This document shows positions 18,322 to 28,450 of a stretch of DNA of 64,000 nucleotides, piece after piece. Each line of letters starts with the position of its first letter. The first letter of the stretch is position 1. Below the pieces are notes generated by a model that did not search any database, was not told the DNA's origin, and saw only the letters and a program-made list of their open reading frames with translations. The stretch is from NCBI GenBank assembly GCA_016840165.1, contig JAEOSU010000070.1, forward strand, positions 1-64,000. Direction: 5' to 3'. The DNA is from Promethearchaeota archaeon (lineage in GTDB: Archaea; Asgardarchaeota; Lokiarchaeia; Sigyniarchaeales; SOKP01). Position numbers and translations under genes: made by a program.

Positions 18322-20529
18322 TTAGAGTATCTTTTTTAATTCCAAAATAAGATTCTTAGGATTTATTCTATCAAATTGAAATATTTCTGCCTTGCCATAT
18401 TCTTTGAAGTTCTCCTTTATCTCGTTAGCCGCAAATGTATTCACGCCCAATGATTTCGTCGCATAGCTCTTTTTTGGCTCTAAAACCACGAGATGAACCC
18501 CTTTTCTTGAGAGCGTTTTAGTTAATTCTTTCAGTTCATTGATTATCACATCATAATCACTCTGAACTTGTGCGATCAGGTCGGGGTATTTTACTGAGAT
18601 ATTTGCTCCACAATCTGAGCAGACAAAAATAACAGGAATCACATTTCTATTTTTTAATTTTTCAGCATTGATTAATTTGAGAGATTTTGTAAGTGCTGCA
18701 GCCATTGGAGTATAAGATTTGCCTTCAATGTTCTTTACTTTATTTGCGGCAGTTTTAAAATAAACTGTTGGTTTCTGGAGAACCACCGCTTCTTTCCCCC
18801 GAAAAATAATCAAACTAATCTTATCTTTTTTTCTATAACCTTCTTTCTGGAGGGATAAAATTACATCGGTCATTTGTTTTATTACATAATACATTGAAGC
18901 AGAGCTATCTAAAACAAAAAATAAGACTAAGGGGGCTCGATATTCATATATTTTGTCCATTAAATCATATTTGTCAAACCTTATAGGAAATTCAATATCG
19001 GTTTGATTGTAAATTGTATTTTTTAAATAATTTCTGATAGTTGCATCTAATGCTATACTTTTTGGTCTATTTCGTGGAGTTCGATAAGCAACATAATGCC
19101 CTTTTTGAGTTGACGCTATCTTTATTCTTCTACCAATACCTCTCCCACCATAATTAGAAACCTTCCGATCTTTTCTAATATTATCTAAAATGGAAGTCAT
19201 CTTTTTTTCCATCTTGTATATTAATGGCATAGCGTCAATTTCATAATCTAAGAAATTAAATAACTCTTCATTATTAGGAATTTCTTTTACTTTCCAACCT
19301 CCGGCTGGCGATGGGCTTCTCTTTTTATTATCAGGGAATTTTGGTGGTGGTAATTTCTGTTCTTTGGTTTCGGGTACATCCACCTTTTTTGGATCTACAG
19401 ACTGCCTTTTAAATTCTTTCTGTGGTGCATCATCATATTTTAATGGACCCTCTGTATCTTTATTTGGTTTGTAAGTATTGGTATCCTCATAGGCTTTCTG
19501 GATCTTTCCATATACCTCAACGATTTTAGCTTTTACCTCTTCAGGGGTCATTTCATAATGTAGACTTTGAATTCGATGTTCAAACACTAGGTCCATGGCA
19601 GCATTCAGATCATCTTCATTAACTCGTTTTCTTCCATTAAATGCAGCATGAGCACGGGCACAACGAATAAAAGTGATATCTGCCCTTTGAGAAAAAATAT
19701 CTAATTCATTGACTAGTCTAGAGACAAATTCATACACTGTTGATGGTATTTGGACTTCTTTTAGAATTTTGCGGGCGTTAACGATTTTTTTACGTAATTC
19801 CTCTTGCTCTTTTTCATAGTTTTTATAGAATTCTTTAGGATTATCATCAAATTCAATTACTCTTTTTGAAATTTCCGCTCGAAGCTTTGCATCGCGGGGC
19901 GCTTTAATTTTTACCTCCAAACCTAGTCGATCTGCGATCTGTGGTCTTAATTCCCCCTCTTCAGGATTCATTGAACCGACCAAAACGAATCGAGAGGGGT
20001 GAGATACTGAAATTCCTTCTCGCTCGATAATGTTAACTCCAGAGGCAGCAGAATCCAACAATACATCAACAATATGATCTTGTAATAAATTTATTTCATC
20101 AACATATAAGATACCTCTGTGGGCTTTAGCGAGCAATCCAGGATGAAGACTGCGGATACCTTCAGTAAGAACTTTATCTATGGATAATGAGCCAGTAACC
20201 ATATCTTCAGTAGCCCCCAACGGCATATCAGCAATACGCATATTGCGTTTTTCTATTTCAAGTTTACCAGATGCTAATCTTGTTTTACAGTCTTCACATA
20301 AAAGCTCAGGATCCGCTTTTGGATCACAAGAAAAGGCACATCCTTGAACAACTTCGATTTCAGGCATAACATCTACTAAAGATCTAACAGCTGTTGATTT
20401 TCCCGTACCTTGTTGGCCAGTAAGTAGTATACCTCCAATCTGAGGATCCGTAACGTTTAGAATCAACCCCAATTTCATTTTATCTTGTCCGAGTATGGCA
20501 GTAAAGGGGTAATTAATATTTTTAAACAT
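18322..20529 (-). CDS. Chelatase ChlI/ChlD-like AAA+ ATPase with C-terminal vWA domain
   Basis: YPFTAILGQ, GQQGTGKST, YVDEINLL and MNPEEGELRPQ motifs, a Pro-rich linker, and MIDAS DSSASM. Confidence 0.9.
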   Translation of the reverse strand: MFKNINYPFTAILGQDKMKLGLILNVTDPQIGGILLTGQQGTGKSTAVRSLVDVMPEIEVVQGCAFSCDPKADPELLCEDCKTRLASGKLEIEKRNMRIADMPLGATEDMVTGSLSIDKVLTEGIRSLHPGLLAKAHRGILYVDEINLLQDHIVDVLLDSAASGVNIIEREGISVSHPSRFVLVGSMNPEEGELRPQIADRLGLEVKIKAPRDAKLRAEISKRVIEFDDNPKEFYKNYEKEQEELRKKIVNARKILKEVQIPSTVYEFVSRLVNELDIFSQRADITFIRCARAHAAFNGRKRVNEDDLNAAMDLVFEHRIQSLHYEMTPEEVKAKIVEVYGKIQKAYEDTNTYKPNKDTEGPLKYDDAPQKEFKRQSVDPKKVDVPETKEQKLPPPKFPDNKKRSPSPAGGWKVKEIPNNEELFNFLDYEIDAMPLIYKMEKKMTSILDNIRKDRKVSNYGGRGIGRRIKIASTQKGHYVAYRTPRNRPKSIALDATIRNYLKNTIYNQTDIEFPIRFDKYDLMDKIYEYRAPLVLFFVLDSSASMYYVIKQMTDVILSLQKEGYRKKDKISLIIFRGKEAVVLQKPTVYFKTAANKVKNIEGKSYTPMAAALTKSLKLINAEKLKNRNVIPVIFVCSDCGANISVKYPDLIAQVQSDYDVIINELKELTKTLSRKGVHLVVLEPKKSYATKSLGVNTFAANEIKENFKEYGKAEIFQFDRINPKNLILELKKIL

Positions 20530-20683
20530 AATTATTATGCAATAACACTTGATCTATAAAAAAAATTTCCAAATGATATAAAATATTATAGTTATTAATA
20601 AAAATAACCGTCCAATTTTCATATATTTATTTAAAATTATGTTTTATTTCATTATTTCATTATAGCTAGAGTATTGGATGACG

Positions 20684-20706
20684 AAAATAACGTTAAGCGT
20701 TATTTT
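20684..20706. terminator. Inverted repeat (possible terminator or operator)
   Basis: AAAATAACG-TTAAG-CGTTATTTT forms a perfect 9-bp stem, 31 nt downstream of the JAMM gene stop at 20738. Confidence 0.35.
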
Positions 20707-20737
20707 AAGAAAAAATTTTATGATAACTATAAGGTTT

Positions 20738-21688
20738 TTAAAATTTTTTTGAGATCTCAGCTAATTTAGAGTCTAAATTTGTCACTTCTTCATCCCAGAG
20801 TGACATGATCTCATTTACTTGTGGAATTATGGTATATCTTTCTTTATATTCAAGATAGTCCATAAATTCTTTAACATTTCCGATCTTAATATAAGTTTCA
20901 GCCACAAATTTTCGAATCTCATGAATTTGATTATTTAATACCTCTGGAATCCGATGAGATTCCCCTTTTCGCACCAAGGTCATTAAATATTCTTCAGTTC
21001 CAAGTAGAAGTGACCTAAATTTTTTTAATTTCTCTTCTACGAAAGTTTGATAAGTCTCAAATATTTTGTCCTTTGGGAAAAAGTTAGTGACATTTATGAT
21101 AAATTTTTGAGTTTGGTTAACTAATTGCTCCATATTATCATATCCCTCAACAACATAGTCAGTGGTATGATATGAAGCTTCAATCCCCCTAGAAGTATCA
21201 TCTAAACTAAATATTTTAAAGCCAGGATCATTTTTCAAAGGTTTTTCTGGATCTCCTTTTTTATCAGGCATTTCTACTTGGCGCAATAGTCTTTCAGGAT
21301 TGAATACAAGTGTGAAATAGGAGGGATTCGCTGTTTGATGGAAGGCAAGATGTCGAATATCAATATGACTTAACATTACTTTAAATCCCGGATGAGAATG
21401 CCATGAACCAACCGTATACAATCCCCTCGAAAAGGCCTCATCATCAATAAGAGTATATGTAACATTATCCTCTTCTGACCACTCATATTTATCGATGACT
21501 GCATCTTTATCAAACTTTTCATGCATAATAGGATATGATTCCTTAATCAAAATATCATCATCCTTCTTTTCACCGATAAAAACACCATTTACTTCTAACC
21601 ACTCTTCTTTTGGGATTTTTTTATTGGCAAATCTCACCGCTGCAGCAACCACAGTTAGATAAACATTTTTTGGTATTATTATAGTCAT
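20738..21688 (-). CDS. MPN/JAMM (Mov34/Rpn11-like) metalloprotease domain protein with helical C-terminus
   Basis: WLEVNG (catalytic Glu) and WHSHPGFKVMLSHID (HxH-x7-S-x2-D) motifs. Confidence 0.85.
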   Translation of the reverse strand: MTIIIPKNVYLTVVAAAVRFANKKIPKEEWLEVNGVFIGEKKDDDILIKESYPIMHEKFDKDAVIDKYEWSEEDNVTYTLIDDEAFSRGLYTVGSWHSHPGFKVMLSHIDIRHLAFHQTANPSYFTLVFNPERLLRQVEMPDKKGDPEKPLKNDPGFKIFSLDDTSRGIEASYHTTDYVVEGYDNMEQLVNQTQKFIINVTNFFPKDKIFETYQTFVEEKLKKFRSLLLGTEEYLMTLVRKGESHRIPEVLNNQIHEIRKFVAETYIKIGNVKEFMDYLEYKERYTIIPQVNEIMSLWDEEVTNLDSKLAEISKKF

Positions 21689-21866
21689 TATTACTATTTC
21701 TATTTCTTTATATTTTTGATGAAGTTATACTAATCCGTATATTTATGTTTTCTTTCTTCTACAAAATATAAAATTATTTAAATTCAAAATTTACCATTAT
21801 ATTATTACCTAGAGTCATTTTAAAACAGATTCCAAGTAAATATTTTTGATTGAATTGTGATTAAAT

Positions 21867-22487
21867 GTGAGTGAAAAAGGATTTGAACCATTAAGTAGCC
21901 AACTAGGTATTGCGGGAACATCCTATCGAATTCAATTAGGACTTATCAATGGTCGATGGGCTTCACGATTATTAAAGGGAAATAATGTAATCGATTCTTA
22001 TATTTATAAGGATGAAGATGTTCAAGGAGGGTATCCAAATCAAAATATAATAGTTGGATGGGTACTAAGAACTGTTGCCATTCCTAATATCAATCCTCAT
22101 CAAGTTATGAAGACTACTCAAGCTTTAGTAAAGCAAGCGATTGATAAAAAAGAACAGAAGAAAGTAATGGCCCCAATTTCGGAAACTAAGGAGGTTGAAT
22201 TAGAGAAAGTCCCAGAAAGCCAGCTAAAAAGAGTTCAGACCAAAGGTTGGGTAAAAGAGGAGGGAATGAAGTCAATACAAGAACTTGAGGAGGATAAACG
22301 TGAAGCATTCAGAGAAAGAATGAAATATAAACATGAAGAGGAAGCAGTAAGAAAGGGTGAGACTATACATATTACCCGAGACTTACCTTCAATTCCTAAA
22401 GCGGGAGATCAAACTTCCAAAAGTTGCCCGAGTTGTGGTAAGGATTTAGATTTTAAATATTGTCCCTATTGCGGACAAAAATTATAA
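21867..22487 (+). CDS. Hypothetical protein with C-terminal zinc ribbon
   Basis: C-terminal CPSCG..CPYCGQKL; beta-rich N-terminal domain. Confidence 0.8.
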   Translation: MSEKGFEPLSSQLGIAGTSYRIQLGLINGRWASRLLKGNNVIDSYIYKDEDVQGGYPNQNIIVGWVLRTVAIPNINPHQVMKTTQALVKQAIDKKEQKKVMAPISETKEVELEKVPESQLKRVQTKGWVKEEGMKSIQELEEDKREAFRERMKYKHEEEAVRKGETIHITRDLPSIPKAGDQTSKSCPSCGKDLDFKYCPYCGQKL

Positions 22488-22692
22488 ATTTTTTGTTATT
22501 ATCATATTTTTTGCTTAATCATCGCAGAAATTATTTAGATTCATATAGGATTATCGTAAATTAGATATAAGCTTGCTATGTAGCATTTAAAGGAATTAAA
22601 TAGTCTTTGACGACCATAATAAGGTAAAATGTATATAACAAATGGGTTAAATTAATATATTTTAAAAATTAACTATATCTAAACTTGTCAAA

Positions 22693-24192
22693 ATGAGTGA
22701 TTTAATCATGGGGAAGTATGTTGATGAAAGCATAGTGATTGTTAAACCATTGGCTTATTATAAAATGTTAGTTCATATACTTCGATTTGGTTCGAAAACG
22801 AGGGATCATAGGCAATTTAAGGAAGTAATCGGGATGTTAGTGGGTCATTTAGAAGGGGAAGATAAAATTAAAGATGTTATAATTGAGGATGTAGTACCAA
22901 TTTCACATGGTGGGTCGATAGAAGTAAAATTCACAGAAGAACAATTAGGTGCTTTCGGAGAAATAGATTTACAAATCTTTAAAGAACACGGTTCAAAAAA
23001 TTGGTTCACTGTGGGTTGGTATCATTCACATCCAGGATTAAATATATTTTTCTCCTCAACTGACGTTTATAATCAACTTTTTTGGCAGGATAGGAATCCT
23101 AGTGGCGTTGGATTGGTATTTGATCATACCTATTTAGAACGTGAAGGAGATTTAGGATTTCGCGCCTTTCGATTAGATGATCCTTCAAAGGGCCTTAATT
23201 CGGATTATCATGAAGTTAAATCGAAAGTCGAACTCCCCTCCGATGATTCATTTTATTCAAATGTAATAGATTTAATTAATAACATTCAGTTGAACCTACC
23301 ACCATTATATGAATTAAATGAAACTACAGATTTATTTAGCGATGTATTTATTCCGGATAAAAAGGACTTAGAGATCCAAAAACCAGAATTACATCTCCAA
23401 GAATTGATATCTTCTTTGAAAACAGGCCTAAACTCCTTTTTAGATCTTTCTATGATTCCATTAATTACTTCTCTAAATGAATGGAGTCAAAATATTACTA
23501 GTAAAACTTATTATAATAATACCCAAATTCGAAACGACCTAATTGAATTGAAGGATAATCTCTCAATAAGTTTAAAGGAAGTACAAAAATCATTCAATTT
23601 CAATTTGCAGGATAATTTAAAGAAACTAGATGACTATATTTCTGATACATTTGATGTATTTGAAGAGGAACAAGATAATATTAAGCAAATTTATGAGGAG
23701 TTTAAAAGTAAAGTAAATCAAGAGACAGAAACTCTATTTAATGAAAAAATAAAGTTTTCAGTGGAACAAATCAATTTTCTATTTGAAAACTGCAGAAAGT
23801 TGATAGCAGATATGGATACAGTGAATATTAATTGTATTGAAAGCCTAAAAAAGAGTAATGAAATAACGGAAAATTTATCTAAAATCGTCATGCCCTCAGA
23901 AAAAAGGATCTTCAGCAAATTAGAAGAAGATAAAAACAAAATAATAGATAACTTCAAGAAAAAATCTGCTAATCTGGAAAACAATATCACGAATATGAAT
24001 AAAGAAACAAAAAAGATTTTATCTAATCTTAAAGCAGCTATTTTAGTTCTTGAAGGTTCAAAAGAACCTATTTTTAGTAAGATTGAGAAATTAGAAAGTG
24101 AAAAGAAAAATTTGCATTCAAATATTAAAGAACTAAAAAGTGAAAAACAAGAATTATTAAGTCAAATTAAAGATTTAAAGAAAGGAGGATAA
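22693..24192 (+). CDS. MPN+/JAMM protease (Rpn11/CSN5-like) with long coiled-coil tail
   Basis: PLAYYKMLVH, KEVIGMLVG and GWYHSHPGLNIFFSSTD motifs, then about 280 aa helical/heptad tail. Confidence 0.88.
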   Translation: MSDLIMGKYVDESIVIVKPLAYYKMLVHILRFGSKTRDHRQFKEVIGMLVGHLEGEDKIKDVIIEDVVPISHGGSIEVKFTEEQLGAFGEIDLQIFKEHGSKNWFTVGWYHSHPGLNIFFSSTDVYNQLFWQDRNPSGVGLVFDHTYLEREGDLGFRAFRLDDPSKGLNSDYHEVKSKVELPSDDSFYSNVIDLINNIQLNLPPLYELNETTDLFSDVFIPDKKDLEIQKPELHLQELISSLKTGLNSFLDLSMIPLITSLNEWSQNITSKTYYNNTQIRNDLIELKDNLSISLKEVQKSFNFNLQDNLKKLDDYISDTFDVFEEEQDNIKQIYEEFKSKVNQETETLFNEKIKFSVEQINFLFENCRKLIADMDTVNINCIESLKKSNEITENLSKIVMPSEKRIFSKLEEDKNKIIDNFKKKSANLENNITNMNKETKKILSNLKAAILVLEGSKEPIFSKIEKLESEKKNLHSNIKELKSEKQELLSQIKDLKKGG

Positions 24193-24198
24193 AGGTTA

Positions 24199-25602
24199 AT
24201 GCCAAAAAACTCGAAGAATTCTACTCAAACTGATAGCAAAGATAAGATAATCGAAAGTAAATCTGAAGGTAGTGTAAACATTCAATATGAAGCATTTAGG
24301 AAAATGATAACTCATACTCTCCGATTTGCTAATGAATCAAAGGAGGAAGATCAACAAGTATTAGGTTTGTGCATTGGTGAGTATTTCAAAGAAAATAAAA
24401 ATTATATTGTTAAGGATGTTATTCCGATTTGTCATGGTGATGCTGTTGAACTTGGATTTTCTAAAGAGATTCATGAGACTATCGAAGAAATTAAATCCCA
24501 ATATTCTGAATCTATTAATTCTATAATTGGTTGGTATCACTCCCATCTGGGATACGGACTATATTTTTCAAATTCGGATAAAGTGAATAACCTCAATTTC
24601 CAAAACTCAGAAAACATTTATGGATTTGGAATTGTTATAGAACAAACATTACTTAATGAGGATCAGAGTTTTGGAGTAGCAGTATTTCGGCTTAAAGACT
24701 TTAATAAAGGTTCTGAAAATGACTATATTAAGGTAGAATTTAATATAGAACCCCCAAATTCCATGGAATTTTTTAAGTGGGTAAAACAATTAGTTGAATC
24801 AACTCAAAGCAAAAGTTCTCAGATCATTTATGAATTTAATGAAGTACAAAAACCATCTCCCGAAAATCTTCAAAAAATTCCTACACTCCCACAAGAAGAG
24901 ACGGAATCTGAAGTAAAAGAAGAACTTTCTTTGCTCTATGGAGTTGATGAGGGTATGGAAAAATTAAAAGATTCTTTTCTCAAATTATATGAAATACAGT
25001 TGACTTCATGGATGAGTGATGTTTCTAATGGGGTTTTAATTGGTTCTGAATATATTAGGAGCTCTATTAACAATATCAAAACAACTTTAACTTCAGGACT
25101 GGAAGATGCTCAACGGATATTTGATAAAAGTTTTTCTGATATTTCGAATCTTTTCATGAAGAATATACGAGGAAGCGTCGATATACGGTTAGAAAATCAA
25201 ATTGAATTGAAAGAGAATATTAAAGCAATTAATGAGGAACAATTAAATAACTTATTCGCTCGTTTAGAAAAGGAAATACGCGATGTGACGAATAATTTCG
25301 AGGAAAAAATAACAAATATTAAAAAAGAATTGGAAAAGATTGCTCTAAATAATAATTCTATTCAACAATCTTTAATTCAAACAAATGATATATTAAGTAC
25401 CGTTTATGAAGAGACCGATAAATTATCAGATAACATCATCCAACATATAGAAAATTCAAGTAAATCATTCGAATCAAAGTTATTGAATGAATTAGAAGAT
25501 TTCTCTAGAAATATAACTCCAAATAAAGAAATTTACACTGAAATAGAAGACCTAATCGAGAGATTACAACGAGTGATTTCTGATTTACGCCAAGTAAAAT
25601 AA
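24199..25602 (+). CDS. MPN/JAMM domain protein lacking the catalytic Glu, with long coiled-coil tail
   Basis: EAFRKMITH, QQVLGLCIG (Q where the paralog has E) and GWYHSHLGYGLYFSNSD motifs; helical tail; starts 6 nt after the previous stop. Confidence 0.85.
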   Translation: MPKNSKNSTQTDSKDKIIESKSEGSVNIQYEAFRKMITHTLRFANESKEEDQQVLGLCIGEYFKENKNYIVKDVIPICHGDAVELGFSKEIHETIEEIKSQYSESINSIIGWYHSHLGYGLYFSNSDKVNNLNFQNSENIYGFGIVIEQTLLNEDQSFGVAVFRLKDFNKGSENDYIKVEFNIEPPNSMEFFKWVKQLVESTQSKSSQIIYEFNEVQKPSPENLQKIPTLPQEETESEVKEELSLLYGVDEGMEKLKDSFLKLYEIQLTSWMSDVSNGVLIGSEYIRSSINNIKTTLTSGLEDAQRIFDKSFSDISNLFMKNIRGSVDIRLENQIELKENIKAINEEQLNNLFARLEKEIRDVTNNFEEKITNIKKELEKIALNNNSIQQSLIQTNDILSTVYEETDKLSDNIIQHIENSSKSFESKLLNELEDFSRNITPNKEIYTEIEDLIERLQRVISDLRQVK

Positions 25603-25615
25603 CGAAAGCTTATTT

Positions 25616-25930
25616 TTAAAAAAATTCAAGATTAGAAACCATAGAGATATGGAGTTTATATTTAGGAATATTGGTTTTGAGTCGTTTCAATTGATTTCTT
25701 TTCGCTATATTGCTTAATATTCTTCCGATTTTATCGACTCTAATGTTAATCCCAAAATTTTCTTTCAAGACAGAATTAATTTTATAAGAAGAGAGAATCA
25801 CTACATTGGAGACATTTTTTTCACATAACATCTCAATAGCTTGTTTAACTAAAGATATTAATTTATCTATATCTTGTTTGCTATTCATACTTATATAATG
25901 ATTATATTTGAAACTTTTTAAAGCTTTCAA
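25616..25930 (-). CDS. Small basic, probable winged-helix protein
   Basis: LSSYKINSVLKENFGINIRVDKIGRILSNIAKRNQL..PKYKL has a wHTH-like pattern. The true start is probably the internal ATG (MNSKQ). Confidence 0.6.
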   Translation of the reverse strand: MKALKSFKYNHYISMNSKQDIDKLISLVKQAIEMLCEKNVSNVVILSSYKINSVLKENFGINIRVDKIGRILSNIAKRNQLKRLKTNIPKYKLHISMVSNLEFF

Positions 25931-26025
25931 CGAGTAAAGAGAATGTTGTTAAGATTTATTTAAGAAAAAAATTTTATATACTAAGTCAATACATTGATTA
26001 TAATTAGTTTAAATGGATTAAATAA

Positions 26026-28344
26026 ATGAAAAAGTTAAACCTTTTATCAAAATTTAAAAATTCTTTAAAACCTCTTTTTAGAAAAATCATATTTAAAGAG
26101 ATCTATGTTGAGGGAAAAGAGCCACCTAAATCATTTGCTTTTGAAAAAGAATTTTTAGGCATCTATTGCATATTTTTATTCTATTCTTTCATTTTATTAC
26201 TTGGAATTAATTTTCCTGATAACTTATTTATTTATTTAATAACATTTGGGAATCCATTTGCTTTTGGAAATGCAATTGTAGCACTTTTTTTATGCCTTTC
26301 TTTATTATTTAGTAACGATAAAATAAGACTCTTCATTTTCGAAGGTCACACCGTATTAAAGCAAGTAATTTTATATGTCGGTATCACCACTGTTTTTTAT
26401 TTTGTATTTTTAAGTCTTTCCAGCCTCAATATTATGAGTTATCTTCTTTGTTTAGCAACATTCTGGCTTATATTATTAAGTACAAGATTTTTTATGTATT
26501 CTCGAAAATTTGCTACCAAAATTGAAGCTCAAGCTATAGAAAAGTATTCATCATTACGGCGAGCAGGGGCTTTTATCACCCCTTATTTTATTTTAGGCGT
26601 TTTAGTGGCATTAGCATTGATATATCGGAGTTTTTTAGTCTTTATATCGTTAGATCTATTTGCTTTATCTGATCCAGTCAGTGCGGTAAATATTTATATT
26701 ATTGAAATGCGTTTAATAATGCCTTTAATCTACTTTAGCCTAATACTCACTTTACTCTTCATTATATTTGAATTTGTATTCACAAGAAAGAAAGCAGAAA
26801 CAAAACGAGCGGGATTATATGATAACTTTACCTTTTCCCTCATTGTGTTATTTATCTTTTTCTTTCAGATCCTTCAAGTGACTATATTTTTATTTTTAAG
26901 CTCTGAAACCGTATCTGCTCTAAAAACTACAGTTGGTACAACAAGCTCACCTATATCGTATATTTTTATATTTGAATTTTTAATTTCTATGTTTTTTCTC
27001 TACCGCATTATTAAAAAGTTTGGACGATCAATTGGATGGCAACTATTATTCTTTAAGAGAGATGGATTGGTTCTTTTGATATTAGGTTGTGTATTTGCCC
27101 AAACGCTGAGCCGATTTTCTTTACAAACACAGATTCCAAATCAATCAATAACCATTTTGGGGAATTTCTTTATGGCAGATAAATATGTTGTTTCTATAAT
27201 TATGATCATCTTTCTTGGATTGACCCTACTAATTTACTATCTTAAACCTCATGAAACCTCAATGTTTATTCGATTACAAAAGGAAACGGTGGATAAAAAA
27301 GAAGAAAGCATGGATATAATCTATAAATTAATTAAAAGTGAGTATATTCGACGTGGAGATGCATATCCAATTGAAATTTTGGAAAGAGAATTGATTAAAG
27401 CGACTAAGTTACCGAAAAATGAGGTATATTCCTTACTGGATAAACTCTCAGATGAAAGCATTGATATTGTTTTAACCGAAAAGAAAAATGATTATGGTAT
27501 AAAACAGAAATTCATTGATTTTACATCAGTAACCGAGAAATTTGACAGCAAAACTGTTGCAGAAAGAAAAGCGAAGAATTTTTTATCTCAACGATTATAT
27601 AAAACAATTTCGAGCAAAAAAACTAAAGATTTGAAACTAAGTAGCAACATTAAATCGGAAAAAGCATCTGATCAATTTTTGAGCTCCTTAGCAACGGATA
27701 TATCAAAAAAACATAGAGATGAGCAAAAAATCAAATTAAAACAAAACAATACAGAAATCTCATTTATTAGAAAGGAGGTCCCTGAGTCATTAAAGCATTC
27801 AATATTAACTATACTTAAAAAGGAGTATATCTATCGTATTGAAAATAAAGAGAAATATCCTGATTTTACTTATCCCATATCAGAAATCGCCTCTACAGTC
27901 CAATTGGAAACAAGAATTAATCCAGGAGAATTATATCCTATCTTGGAAACCCTTAATCAAACTGATATAGAATTAAGATTACTAGATAATCCCAATGAAC
28001 CAGAAGATAAAATAATTGACTTTTATCCTATAGATGATGATTTAAATTATACTTTGTCAAGTTTTAGACCCAACCAATATTCTAAGATTAAGATAGAATT
28101 TATGAATAATTTTATTAAACATTTAAAACGCAAACGTGTTAAAGCAACTCTCTCTAAGATAAAGAAGAATATATCAAATGAAAATGAGGAACAGAAATAC
28201 TGGAATAAACTTTATCAAATTTTAATTAATTATTTTCCGAATTTCGAGGAAGTTCTCCAAAAAGAGAGAGAGGGTGGAGATATATCAAAAGTTCTTAAAA
28301 TATTCCCTCTCAAAGATATTGATGTATTCAATATTGAATCCTAA
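26026..28344 (+). CDS. Large polytopic membrane protein (~10 TM) with cytosolic tandem winged-helix-like repeats
   Basis: Hydrophobic N-terminal ~410 aa, followed by two related repeats I..L/IK.EYI.R..YPI..I/L...T.L/I...E.Y.L/IL..L. Confidence 0.8.
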   Translation: MKKLNLLSKFKNSLKPLFRKIIFKEIYVEGKEPPKSFAFEKEFLGIYCIFLFYSFILLLGINFPDNLFIYLITFGNPFAFGNAIVALFLCLSLLFSNDKIRLFIFEGHTVLKQVILYVGITTVFYFVFLSLSSLNIMSYLLCLATFWLILLSTRFFMYSRKFATKIEAQAIEKYSSLRRAGAFITPYFILGVLVALALIYRSFLVFISLDLFALSDPVSAVNIYIIEMRLIMPLIYFSLILTLLFIIFEFVFTRKKAETKRAGLYDNFTFSLIVLFIFFFQILQVTIFLFLSSETVSALKTTVGTTSSPISYIFIFEFLISMFFLYRIIKKFGRSIGWQLLFFKRDGLVLLILGCVFAQTLSRFSLQTQIPNQSITILGNFFMADKYVVSIIMIIFLGLTLLIYYLKPHETSMFIRLQKETVDKKEESMDIIYKLIKSEYIRRGDAYPIEILERELIKATKLPKNEVYSLLDKLSDESIDIVLTEKKNDYGIKQKFIDFTSVTEKFDSKTVAERKAKNFLSQRLYKTISSKKTKDLKLSSNIKSEKASDQFLSSLATDISKKHRDEQKIKLKQNNTEISFIRKEVPESLKHSILTILKKEYIYRIENKEKYPDFTYPISEIASTVQLETRINPGELYPILETLNQTDIELRLLDNPNEPEDKIIDFYPIDDDLNYTLSSFRPNQYSKIKIEFMNNFIKHLKRKRVKATLSKIKKNISNENEEQKYWNKLYQILINYFPNFEEVLQKEREGGDISKVLKIFPLKDIDVFNIES

Positions 28345-28450
28345 TTTTATACTTTCCCCTAATTATTTTTTTAAAAGAAAAATTCAAGTAAGAAAAATTA
28401 TTTATCTGAATCAATCATACCGATTTAAATCATAGTAGTTCGTGGAATAA

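Noticed and set aside
18322-20529. Evidence for (bacterio)chlorophyll synthesis
   Set aside because: ChlI/D-like ATPases are widespread in non-phototrophs, and no other bch/chl genes are present. The GGR is best explained by archaeal lipid saturation.
20678-20712. ATGA + stem + GA resembling a eukaryote-like SECIS
   Set aside because: It is on the strand opposite the flanking genes, the core is imperfect, and no in-frame Sec TGA candidate lies nearby.
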